Assembly: GCA_030390025.1 (NCBI GenBank)
Contig: CM059431.1
Location: forward strand, 117,740,001 to 117,804,000
DNA length: 64,000 nt
Source: Squalus acanthias
Lineage: Eukaryota
Direction: 5' to 3'
The position numbers and the translations under genes are program-made. The notes under the pieces were generated by a model. The model was not told the DNA's origin and did not search any database. It saw only the letters and a program-made list of their open reading frames with translations. This document shows, one piece after another, positions 13,504-23,563 of this stretch; the first letter of the stretch is position 1; every line of letters starts with the position of its first letter.

Positions 13504-14243
13504 CAATTCTGGGCACCGCACTTTCAGAAAGAGGTGAAGGCCTTAGAGAGAGTGCAGAAAAGTTTGACAAGAATAGTTCCAGGGATGCGGGACTTCAGCT
13601 ATGTGGATAGACTACAGAAGCTAGAGTTGTTCTCCTTTGAGCAGAGAAGGTTGAGAAGAGATTTGATAGATGTGTTCAAAATCATGATAGAGTAGATAGA
13701 GAGAAACTGTTCCCATTGGCGGAAAGGTCGAGAGCCAGAGGACACAGATTTAAGGTGATTGGCAGAAGAACAAAGGCGACATGAGGAAAAACTTTTGTTA
13801 CGCAGCGAGTGGTTAGGATCTGGAATGCACTGCCTGAAAGGGTGGTGGAGGCAGATTCAATAGTAGCTTTCAAAAGAGAATTGGATAAGTACCTGAAGGA
13901 ACAAAATTTGCAGGGCTACGGGGAAAAGCCGGGGGAGAGAGCCGGCAAGGGCTCGCCGGGTCGAATAGCCTCCTCTGTGCCATAACCATTCTATGATTCT
14001 ATGATTCTAGTTGCTATTTTTTTCCCAGCCCGACCCCTCACTGACCTTTGCTCCCAGACAGGATTCGAATTCCGCGACCTTTGCCCCTGGACAGGAAGCT
14101 CATTTGTCCGTCACTAACCGGTTACTGATATAAGAACATAAAAACATAAGGAGTGGGAGCAGGAGTAGCTGAATCGGTGGCCCCGCTGTCATGTCACTCA
14201 CAGGCCGGCCTCGCTCTGCTTTTGACCATTACTCTTTCCGGAA

Positions 14244-14575
14244 CATAACCTCCTCCAGCCCTACAACCCTCTGAGATCTCTGCACTTTTCCAATTCGACC
14301 CTCTTGCACATTCCCAGGTTTAATCGCTCCACCATTGACGACCGTGCCTTCAGCTGCCTAGGCTCTAAGCTCTGGAATTCCCTCCCTAAACCTCTGCACC
14401 TCTGTACCGCTCTCTCCTTCATAAAGACGCTCCTTAAAACCTTCCTTGACCAAGCTTTTGGTCGCCTGTTCTAATATTTCCTAATGTGGCTCGGTGTCAA
14501 ATTTTGTCTGATCACGCTCCTGTGAAGTGCCTTGGGACATTAAAGGCGCTATATAAATGCAAATTGTTGTTGTTC
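14244..14575 (+). mobile_element. L2 LINE 3' end
   Basis: RAFSCLGSKLWNSLPKPL-type end and tail tatataaatgcaaattgttgttg; homologous to 59400-59757. Confidence 0.8.
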
Positions 14576-14740
14576 ACTTTTCCTCTCCCCCACAAAATGA
14601 TCGGTTTTTCCATTACATATTATTACACCATGACTGCATTTCGTGCTCTCTCATGCTGCCCTCTGGTCTCCTGGCTACTTAGTTTCCTACTCAGCTATTA
14701 CTCCTATTTGTTTACCTCGCTGGCTTGCTTTGCAATTCTG

Positions 14741-15060
14741 ACCATCTTTCGGATGAGATGTTAAACCGAGGGCCCGTCTGCTCTCCCAGGTGGAGGTAAA
14801 TGATCCCACGGCACTATTTCGAAGAAGAGCAGGAGAGTTCTCCCTGGTGTCCTGGCCAATATTTATCCCTTAATTAATATCACCACAAACAGATTATCTT
14901 GTCATTATCACATTGCTGTTTGTGGGAGCTTGCTGTTTGCTGTGATTCCTACGTTACAACAGTGCCGGCACTTCAAATGTACTTCATTGGCTGTAAGACA
15001 TTTTGGGATGTCCTGAGGTCATGAAAGGCGCTATATACATGCAAGTTCTTCTAGTCTTTC
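14741..15060 (+). mobile_element. Deu-domain SINE (SacSINE1/AmnSINE1-like), 5' truncated
   Basis: Core ctttcggatgagatgttaaaccgag..ggcactatttcgaagaagagcagg..cctggccaatatttatccc plus an L2-like tail; same family as 43990-44450. Confidence 0.75.
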
Positions 15061-15579
15061 TTAGCATTGCGAGGCACCTGCAGCATTCACTTGAATCCAC
15101 TTGTCAATATGCCCGTTCAGTAACGGAACAGCTCAAAAGCCTGATTCGCCCTCTTTCAAATTACCTCCATGCAATACATCATCCTCACACTTTGTACCAC
15201 AAATCTATAATAAATGTAGCAACTGTGTATAATATACTCCCCAGACTATTGGCTGTTGAGAACTGTTTGAGGTGGCATGCCAGTACAGCCCCCATTACTG
15301 TAACCAAATGTAGCAGTTTAAATCTTTGAAGAATAAATGTAGCTACTTTTTAGTTGCCAGAAGACTCCTGATACAAATGAACCTTGAATTTACGGAATGA
15401 AACAGTTGCAGTGGGTGAAACGAACAAAAAACCACTGAAACTGCACTAACCTGACAGCTACACGTGATTACTGATGATCCCTTTAAATAACATCCCTGGA
15501 GCCAGCTTCCTGGTGCTGCTCGCCAGCTCTCCCTGTCGCCATCTACTGGCTCTATCAGGAGGTGCTAAGGGGACACATT

Positions 15580-15688
15580 TTTTCCCCCATGTCTCAGTTA
15601 TCCTACTATATCTGGTTCCTCACAATGTATTACTGCCCCCAGTTCCCCTGTTTTATTACGGTCAATGTGTGCATTGCTTTACAGACTG
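15580..15688 (-). mobile_element. Start of ORF2 of the minus-strand CR1 that hosts the provirus
   Basis: Antisense RNKTGELGAVIHCEEPDIVGITETW (APE endonuclease N-terminus), continuous with the CR1 sequence right of 28142. Confidence 0.75.
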
Positions 15689-17253
15689 TGTAAAGTTTTG
15701 CAATTATCGCGATTCAAAATAACACAAGAGAAGCAGATTCGTTTGATCAGTTTTATTAAACAAAATGCTGTCCTGATAATAAAGGACACAGAAGCCTGTA
15801 AAATGGCCGCCGAGCATCGTGGCAGAAGCTTCCAGAAATACAGTGGGCAGACAAGATGGCGTCGAATAACATTCAATATAAGATTGGATCATACTTGGTA
15901 AACACTGATAAAGACAGGATGCAACCCGTTTGCATTTGAAACAATAGCAAAGATATAAGTGCTGGGATCGTTTTCCATGCACAAGTAAGGATCATTGTAC
16001 TGGGCAATCGAAGGCCCATCCAGACACATCAATACACAAATACCCCCCGGCTCTACAATGAGAGAGACATTGACGGGTGACTAAACAAGTATTCGGGGGC
16101 CCCCAAAACCAGTCAGGGAGACGATTCGTACACATCCTGGCTGGGTCAACAATGGGGAAAACATTAACGGATAGTTGGCCAGTTTCAGGTGCTACCGAAA
16201 CCCGTTAAAGAGAAGAATCGCCCCATGCTGGGAGTTTTGAGCACCAATATTACACAAAGGACAAACATTAAGATTTGAGCGGGAGATAAGCGGACACAAC
16301 AGTATAACTATAGTGAACAAATGTCCATCGGTCTCTTGACTCGCTCGATCGCTGGCTGAAGCTCTTCCTTAGGGCTGGACTTTGTTGACTCTTGACTTTT
16401 AGCCGTACTGTTCGATTATTCGAATGTTGGGTGGAGCTCAATCGGAACGAGCCGCCCCGACAAGGGCAAGTAACAGGGTGCACCATCCCGAGTGTCGGTA
16501 AACGGTGTCTGGACCCGGAGGCCCGAAGAGACGAGACGAGAAGAAGAGGAGAAGAATCCACGTGCCGCCACGGTCAGTAAACCCCGACCGCGCCCGAAAA
16601 TATAAATACAGAACTCATCTTTGAATTCTACGAGTTACTGCACGATCCGGTTTGGGTCTGTCGAGTTCTTCATGACAACAGCGAGTCTGGCCTGCTTTTC
16701 GCAGCAGCGAAAGTAAACAAGTGGGGTGCAGAGACCCTTCCAAACACGTGACAGTCAGGCGCTGCAGCGAAACGAGCCGAGTGCCTCACTTTAAAATCTC
16801 CGAAATTAAACGAGTGGTGAGCATGATTTCCGATCCTACAAATCTAGACGTAGTGTAGGTATTATTAAGGGAGGGTGTCTTAATAAGGTTAAGATATAAT
16901 GTGTTCCCCTTTCTACGATGTGCCGTGTGTTCTCCATTTCCACAGACCAAGCTTTATGAATGTATGTACACTTGTACTATTGTTGATTTGCGCCTATGAC
17001 ATGTATTTCATGATTTTAGATGCCATGCAATAAAGATTTCCATTTCGTACTATTCAACCGGGTCTATTTGAGTTTTTCTCTGCATTACTGCTCCCTGCAC
17101 CTAAGTCCAGTGTTAGAACCGTAAGGGCGAGTGGGTCAAACCACTCACAGGTGCTTATTGCAATAAGGCTGGCCGGAGACCAGAGCAAGCAATAGTATTA
17201 GGCAACGAAGGCCTAACCTCGCACCAGCACCGTCTGAGACACGCCCCCTTACA
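15689..17253 (+). repeat. 5' LTR (1565 bp)
   Basis: Direct repeat of 26576-28142; TGTAA/TTACA termini; AATAAA at 17029-17034; TATA-like candidates at ~16303 and 16601; YY1-like AAAATGGCCGCC and AAGATGGCG in U3. Confidence 0.97.
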
Positions 17254-17257
17254 GAAA

Positions 17258-19081
17258 ATGGCGACCGCGGCAGGACATTGGCAGCAGGAGAGTAATGTTT
17301 TAGACCCTGGTTTGAATAGGCGAAATGTGATGGATGAGAGGGTAGCCGACTATGTGTTTGGGAAGGTTAACTTAACCAAAAGGTGGATAAGTGACCTACT
17401 GATGGATAAGCATTTGCTAGACGCCGCCATCAAATAGACAGGCAGTAAAGAGCATAAGAAGTCGGTAGAGAAAGCGGTCTGGCTGATGTGCTACAAGAAG
17501 CAAGTCCAACTTTCGGACCAGGTCATTGTGGCACAGGCTGCTCAGATCAGGGAATTGGAAGTTGAGATGGAGGAAAAGATCACGGGAGGGCAGAAACTCA
17601 TTGCATCATTGAATGCGTTACATCAGGAACGCCAAATAGTAGCCAACCACCATGAGGCTAAAATTGATTACCTAGAATGTCAGGTCACGGAAGCAAAATT
17701 AAACGAGGGTAAGATTAGAGAACGGTGTGCCCGCCTAGCTAACCAGATAAAAGCCCAGGAAGAAAGCTTGAAGGGAGTTAGGGCGGCATATAAGATGGCC
17801 CTCGAGGATAGGCATGAGGGAGCCGACCACAGTGTTTGCCAGAAGGAGATAGGGAACCTAAGAGAGGCCCTGAATAAGGCATACGGCTTGGTGTGTCTCA
17901 CCAGCCCGTCAGCAAACCAGCCACAGGTGGGTAGGGAATTCCCCAAATACCTACCAGACAAAGCAGAGGAGGTATTTGCCACTGTGCCCTCCGCGCCACC
18001 CAGCTATTCGGCAACCTGGGTAAGGGAGGAAGTGGTGGAAATAGATAAGGAGGTTCCTGAGGTAGGACAATCCCTGGAGGTAGAGTCGAGACCGGGACCG
18101 ATGTGTCTGCTCCGAGGTCACAAGAGAGGCCTGAACGGGAACAATGGGGAAGACGGGGATGTCCTGAACCAACTTGTTTTGCCCCACAGCTCACACCAGC
18201 TGAGAGCAATGATTAGCCATGTACGAAAGCTGTCCGAGTCAGACGACCCTTCCGTACATTTTAGGGAAGTAGAACAGACCGCAGCAATAAATGGCTGCGA
18301 CGATGAGGAAAAGACCAAAATGTTGCTGTTCTCTTTAGATAGCTCGATCCTTCAGTGTCTCTCCGACGAGAGCAAGAAGGGAAATAAAACCTATGGGGAG
18401 TTACGGGACGAGGTCCTGGAAGTGTTAGGGGCGGATGACGAAGGTCCGTTCATCAGATTGAGTCAAACCATACAGATGGAGGGAGAACCCCCGAAGGTTT
18501 TCGCCGACAGACTGTGGCCAGTATACCAGCGTAGCTGCCCAGGTGCGCCAGCGCGCACCTTTCTGAATGGCGCCGGGAAAGCTCATTGGCTCAGGTGTCT
18601 AGTAGCCAACAGCTTGCCAGCTGTCAGGGAGCAGGCTAGAGCGTGGTTTGATCCCACTAACCCCGCCACAACGGAGGAGTCTGTCCTAAATCGACTCACC
18701 ATAGGGTATCGGAACACTAGGAGCACGGGAGCGCGTCCCCTTAAGGGAAAGGTGCATGAGGCAAAGCCCGCAGCTCCGGCTCAGAAAGAGTGGCATCAGG
18801 AGGGAAATCGCGCCCCACAAACCAGTAGTGTTTGTTACGGGTGCGGGAAGACAGGTCACTGGCATAAAAACTGTAGGAATCCCTGGAAGGATTCCAGGGA
18901 AAGAGCTCCCGCAGTCCGAACCCAAGCGCCTGTCTCTGAGAAAGGAGCCGGTGTGCCTATCCATCCCGATGCGATAGAATCAATGTTAGGAGCCATGCGG
19001 TCCCTTATGATTTCGCAAGGGAGGGTGGCAGTCGCTACCGGCCCCACAGATGCCACAACCCCGTCCACCGGTACCCAATGA
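17258..19081 (+). pseudogene. gag: Gag (coiled-coil N-terminal half, capsid-like region, one CCHC knuckle) with one premature stop
   Basis: ATG 17258 is in frame with the 531-aa ORF 17486-19081, with a single TAG at 17435-17437; CYGCGKTGHWHKNC at 18833-18874. Confidence 0.88.
17259..17276 (+). promoter_or_regulatory. Primer-binding site, tRNA-Arg(UCG)
   Basis: TGGCGACCGCGGCAGGAC is complementary to the vertebrate tRNA-Arg(TCG) 3' end ..GTCCTGCCGCGGTCGCCA (recalled, not searched); lies 5 nt after the LTR. Confidence 0.85.
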
Positions 19082-22000
19082 CTAGAGCCCGCGCAGCCCG
19101 TCTACCTGTGTCCGCTCAGCTATGATGCGTGGAAAAGACCCCTGGTAGAGATGGAGGTAGAGAAGCAGAAGGGTAGTTATTTGTTGGACACGGGAGCTTC
19201 ATGCACCGTGGTTCATACGGATAGCCCCTTTGACTCACCACTGTCTACCAAGGTCCCATTCACGTTAGCGGGGTTCACGGGAAAAGAGCAGGCTGGCGCG
19301 TTCTCCATTCTGCTCTCCATTCATTTAGGAGCACTCCACACCACATGGAAGTGTATACTGATGAAATGGCAAGAGGGGGGTGGTAGAGGTATCCTCGGAT
19401 CGGATCTCCTAGCGGAACACGGGATCCTCGTGGACCTTAGGAATCACTGTCTCTGGGGAGCCAAGGGTGGGAAAGGCAAGGTAGTTGTAATCCCAGGGAA
19501 GGAAGGTAAAGGGGCCCTGTGTACTATGAAGCCATCCGGAGGTTACGACCTCGGGCTTATGGTCACGGATGTCCCAACGGACATGCAAACGTACGTGTCA
19601 AATAATATGCACGCGTTTGCAACCCACAAGCACGATTGTGGAAGGGTTACCGGGTTTGAGGTCAGCGTAGACGGGGACCCCATGACCCAGCCCCAAAAGC
19701 AGTATAACTTCCCCAAAGAAGCAGAACCCGACATGGAGACAGCAATGTCCTCATTGGTGCAGCAGGGCGTGTTGAGGCCGATAGCCACACACGTGAACTC
19801 CCCATTATGGCCGGTAAGGAAGCAGGATAATTCGTGGAGGGCCACGGTGGACTACAGAGTCCTTAACAGTAACATCCCCGCCTGCGCGCCCACAGTAGCA
19901 GCAGTTGCTGACCTAATAGGGAGTATCCCAGCGTCTGTGACCACGTTCACGGTGCTGGATATCTCGAACGGTTTGTGGTCCATCCCGCTGCGGCGAGAGG
20001 ACCCGTACAAGTTTGCCTTTACTTTTAAAGGACAACAGTACACATGGAACTGTTTACCACAGGGTTTCCACAACAGCCCCAGTATTTTCCATCAGTGTAT
20101 GGCAGGAAGTTTAAAGGAGTTTAGTCAGCCCAATCAGATAGTGCAGTACGTGGATGATTTGCTCCTGTTCACGGACTCAAGGGAGGAGCATGGAACACTG
20201 CTAGCCGAGTTATTGGAGCTGCTAGCGAGAAAGGGTTTTAAAGTTAACCCTAAGAAAGCACGCATCGGTCAGCAGGAAGTAAAATTCCTGGGTCTGACCA
20301 TTCGCGCTGGGGAAAGAGACATAGATAAGGCTAGGAGGGAGTCGGTGCAGGAGTTACCGATTCCCAACACCATAACGGGGGTGAGGTCCTTTCTGGGACT
20401 GACCGGTTACTGTAGGGACTTCATCGAGGACTATGCGGCCACAGCAGCTCCGCTGCTCCGACTCCTCCATAAGGGAGTGGAGTGGTCTTGGGACGAGGGT
20501 TGTCAGGCAGCATTCGAGAAGTTAAAAAGGGATCTGCAGACCGCGCCAGCTTTAGGGGCCATAGATGGGGGGAAGGAGTTTTTCCTGGAGGTAGCTGCCA
20601 GCGGAGACAGCTTGAGCGCTGTGCTGCTCCAAGAGCGTCACGGCAAGCTGAGGCCGGTCGTCTATTCGACCAGGGTGTTAACGGATGTGGAGAGGAGTTT
20701 TTCCAACTGCGAAAGGCATCTTTTAGCCACGCATTGGGCTGTGAAAAGATCAGCGATCTTCACAGGGCTCTCTCCCATCACTCTCCTCACCCATCACACG
20801 CCAACCAAGATGCTTCTGGATGGGAGGATTAAGGATGGGACCGTAAGCAGCGCTCGTATTGCGCGCTGGACCCTTCTCCTTTCCCAGATGGATCTTAGGG
20901 TTAAAGGTCTTTGTGAGCCCAGGCTCGCGGCCAACCTGGTATACCCCGGAACAGCCCACCAGTGTTCGGTGGAAGGGGTGTGGGAGGTCAACATAGGTTT
21001 GCGGGCCGGGATACATCCCACAGGTCGCGAGATCTATGTTGATGGTTCCAGCACAGTGTCCGCTGGCGAACGACTCACAGGGTGTGGAGTTTATGACCCT
21101 GCGGCAAACCTTGCCTTGGCAATTAAACTCCCCAGCACGATGAGCGCGCAGCAGGCTGAGCTGTCTGCGGTGGCGTATGTAGTTACCCACCCAGAGATCT
21201 TCCCAACCCCATACACGATTTGTTCGGACAGTATGTTTACGTGCAATTCGTGTACGGAATACCTGGCCATTTGGTCCCGCCGTGGCTACACCTCCGCGGA
21301 CGGGCGACCTTTAACGGTGAAGCCTTTGCTGGAAAAGATCCTAGCAGCAGTAGGGAAGGAAGGGGAGATTTTCATCCATAAGGTGAAGGCTCACTCCTCC
21401 ACAGAGCCCCACAGGGAGGGCAACCAGCAGGCGGATGCGCTAGCCAGGGAGGGTGCCCGTAACGGCATTTTCTGGGACCCCTATGGACCCGGACCCGTGG
21501 CAGCGATCCAAGGCAGGGAAGGGAATCCCGGTAATACCAGGGTAGCACTGCCCCTAGACCTTAAGACCGTCCAGAACCAGGATCCCGCCCTAAAAGCAGT
21601 TCTCAGAACCATTACTGAGGGCAAGCAGGTAGAGGGCCCGTACATTACGGCAACCCTCTCTGTTAAAGAAGGCATGCTGTTCCGCGAGGAACAGTGGGTT
21701 GTGCCGCAGCAGCACAGGAGGGAATTCCTCCAGTTGGCTCATGAGGGGCCGGGGGCAGGGCACCCCGGGCCCGAGGTTACCTGGCAACGGGTAGAGCAGG
21801 CGGGATGGTGGCCGGGACTCAGGGAGCAGGTCCGCAAGTTCTGTGCAAGCTGTCTTGTGTGCGCTGCAAACAACCCAGACCCCCAGAAAAGGAAAGTGCA
21901 CATGGGGCACATCAGGAGGGTGGAGGGACCATGGCAGTCGATACAGATCGATTACATAGGGCCCCTGCCCACCACCCAGGGAGGCTACAAATACTGCCTC

Positions 22001-23563
22001 GTCTTGGTGGATGTGTTTTCCAAATGGGTAGAAGCCTTCCCCTGTAGAACAGCTACGGCGCTGGGTACTGCCAAGATCTTGGTTCGGGAAGTGTTCTCGC
22101 GGTGGGGACTCCCCCGTTTCATGGAGTCAGACCAAGGGAGTCATTTCACCGGCCAGGTGATGCAGAACACCCTCATGCTTTTGGGCATTGAAGGGAAGTG
22201 GCACGTAGCACACAATCCCCAGTCATCAGGGATTGTTGAACGCATGAACCGGACCCTCAAGGAGAAGCTGAGGAAAGAGACTATGAACTCGCCCCAAAAA
22301 TGGGCGGAGGTTCTGCCTCTAGTCCTCATGGGAATCCGGGCCAGCCAGTCGAAGAGTACTGGGTATTCCCTGTACGAGGTGATGACTGGGAGGATCATGC
22401 GAACCCCCACCCATGTACTAGCCCCGGTGCTCACGGAGGATCAGCTCCAAGAAGTGAAACAGGACAAGTTTGTCCAGACCCTCTTGGAGCGCCTGAAGCA
22501 GTTTTACGAGCAGGCGGCTGGGAACATGGGAAGACAGCACCAGGGCAATCGCCTGTTGCTGGAACCCCATAAGAAGCAGGAGTGGGAAGTCGGAGATCAG
22601 GTCATGGTTAGGAACTATGCCAGAGTAGGGAGTTTGGAACCACTGTATATGGGACCCTACAGTATTGTAGATAAGGCGAGTCCCATGGTGTACGCCGTAA
22701 AGGTACCCCGGCGCACGAAATGGTTCCACATTAACCAGTGCAAGCTCTTTAAGCCGGGTGCACAGGGGCCAATCACAGGGGCCAAAACTGCGAGTGGGGA
22801 CTCGCAGTCCCGGGTAGAACCGCAAGGCACACAGACCGGTAAAGCAGCCTGCTTGAGGGGAGAGGACATTCTGGAAAAGTGTAGGATCTTTTCTTGGTGT
22901 TGGGATTCAGATGAGGAAGAGCTCGGAGAGCTCGACCAAGGTAGTGACCCGGTCGGAGAGGTGGTGGGGTCGGAGGACGAAGGTTTCGCCCTCGCCCCAA
23001 GCATAGGGGAGACAGGGATTGCGAGTGGAGTTCCACACAGGGTGGAATCGGAAACTGCAGATCCCGAGCCCAGGGGGGCGGAGCCAGGGGAGACGGAGCC
23101 GGCGGCTGTGGTGGGACCACAGGCCGTGACGGTGGAAGTCTCGGTTCCCGGTCCGTCGGCCCTGGAAATCTTGCCCATAGCGGAGATAGGGATTGCGAGT
23201 GGAGTTCCACATACAAGTAGGGTGGAGTCGGAAACCGCAAATCCCGAGCCCAGGGGGGAGGAGCCAGGGGAGACGGAGCCGGCGGCTGTGGTGGGACCAC
23301 AGGCCATGACGGTGGAAGTGTCGGTTCCCGGTCCGTCGGCCCTGGAGATCTTGCCCAAGATAGCCCTCCGTAGGTCAAGTCGGACACCCCAGCCCAGGAA
23401 GTCGTGGTCAAATCCCCCGTACACCCCCAGGCGTAAGTTCAAGGCAGCCCAGGGAGGTCCCAGTCGCAGCGCAGCAGCGACAGGCTGCGGCAGATCAAAG
23501 GAAGGCACAGTGCCCCCCCGCCACTGGGAAAAGCTCGTGGCAGCCTTCACAGAATTTAGGTAG
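19082..23563 (+). CDS. pol: Pol: protease, RT, degenerate RNase H (tether), RNase H, integrase and C-terminal extension; uninterrupted frame
   Basis: LLDTGAS; LPQGF..YVDD at 20147; IYVDGSS..AQQAEL..SDS..KAHS..GNQQADALA; HHCC; IDYIG/SDQG/GIVERMN; GPY motif. Confidence 0.96.
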   Translation, partial: LEPAQPVYLCPLSYDAWKRPLVEMEVEKQKGSYLLDTGASCTVVHTDSPFDSPLSTKVPFTLAGFTGKEQAGAFSILLSIHLGALHTTWKCILMKWQEGGGRGILGSDLLAEHGILVDLRNHCLWGAKGGKGKVVVIPGKEGKGALCTMKPSGGYDLGLMVTDVPTDMQTYVSNNMHAFATHKHDCGRVTGFEVSVDGDPMTQPQKQYNFPKEAEPDMETAMSSLVQQGVLRPIATHVNSPLWPVRKQDNSWRATVDYRVLNSNIPACAPTVAAVADLIGSIPASVTTFTVLDISNGLWSIPLRREDPYKFAFTFKGQQYTWNCLPQGFHNSPSIFHQCMAGSLKEFSQPNQIVQYVDDLLLFTDSREEHGTLLAELLELLARKGFKVNPKKARIGQQEVKFLGLTIRAGERDIDKARRESVQELPIPNTITGVRSFLGLTGYCRDFIEDYAATAAPLLRLLHKGVEWSWDEGCQAAFEKLKRDLQTAPALGAIDGGKEFFLEVAASGDSLSAVLLQERHGKLRPVVYSTRVLTDVERSFSNCERHLLATHWAVKRSAIFTGLSPITLLTHHTPTKMLLDGRIKDGTVSSARIARWTLLLSQMDLRVKGLCEPRLAANLVYPGTAHQCSVEGVWEVNIGLRAGIHPTGREIYVDGSSTVSAGERLTGCGVYDPAANLALAIKLPSTMSAQQAELSAVAYVVTHPEIFPTPYTICSDSMFTCNSCTEYLAIWSRRGYTSADGRPLTVKPLLEKILAAVGKEGEIFIHKVKAHSSTEPHREGNQQADALAREGARNGIFWDPYGPGPVAAIQGREGNPGNTRVALPLDLKTVQNQDPALKAVLRTITEGKQVEGPYITATLSVKEGMLFREEQWVVPQQHRREFLQLAHEGPGAGHPGPEVTWQRVEQAGWWPGLREQVRKFCASCLVCAANNPDPQKRKVHMGHIRRVEGPWQSIQIDYIGPLPTTQGGYKYCLVLVDVFSKWVEAFPCRTATALGTAKILVREVFSRWGLPRFMESDQGSHFTGQVMQNTLMLLGIEGKWHVAHNPQSSGIVERMNRTLKEKLRKETMNSPQKWAEVLPLVLMGIRASQSKSTGYSLYEVMTGRIMRTPTHVLAPVLTEDQLQEVKQDKFVQTLLERLKQFYEQAAGNMGRQHQGNRLLLEPHKKQEWEVGDQVMVRNYARVGSLEPLYMGPYSIVDKASPMVYAVKVPRRTKWFHINQCKLFKPGAQGPITGAKTASGDSQSRVEPQGTQTGKAACLRGEDILEKCRIFSWCWDSDEEELGELDQGSDPVGEVVGSEDEGFALAPSIGETGIASGVPHRVESETADPEPRGAEPGETEPAAVVGPQAVTVEVSVPGPSALEILPIAEIGIASGVPHTSRVESETANPEPRGEEPGETEPAAVVGPQAMTVEVSVPGPSALEILPKIALRRSSRTPQPRKSWSNPPYTPRRKFKAAQGGPSRSAAATGCGRSKEGTVPPRHWEKLVAAFTEFR

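Larger units (their letters stand above)
7990..13930 (+). pseudogene. CR1 ORF2 (APE endonuclease and reverse transcriptase), multiple frameshifts, split by a Harbinger
   Basis: GGGVAVLIK, FYRPP, GDFNYP, LDLVL, KSPGPDGMHPR, SQHGF, SGVPQG, KFADDT-like motifs. Confidence 0.9.
5900..14009 (+). mobile_element. Near full-length decayed CR1 LINE, interrupted by insertions at 7113-7843 and 10298-13503
   Basis: ORF1 (zinc finger plus GDS esterase), ORF2 (APE endonuclease plus RT) and an (ATTCTATG)n tail at ~13988-14008; ORF2 reads PQLE / QFWAPHF across the Harbinger insertion. Confidence 0.93.

Noticed and set aside
16268..16580. Short ORFs present in both LTRs
   Set aside because: Their conservation follows from LTR identity; there are no protein features
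21913..21929. PPT-like CAGGAGGG..GGAGGGAC at the provirus midpoint (central PPT?)
   Set aside because: The matches are only 8 nt, and equal or better ones occur elsewhere (e.g. ~18796, ~20333)
22657..23550. 297-aa antisense ORF opposite the integrase tail (HBZ/ASP-like accessory gene?)
   Set aside because: It lies in GC-rich, duplicated, low-complexity sequence where antisense stops are rare, and has no recognisable motif
19082..23563. Intact pol as a domesticated host gene
   Set aside because: It is still inside a young provirus, and apparent missense changes at usually conserved sites (NGLW for NGFW, EDPY for EDQY, SLYE for SPYE) suggest neutral drift
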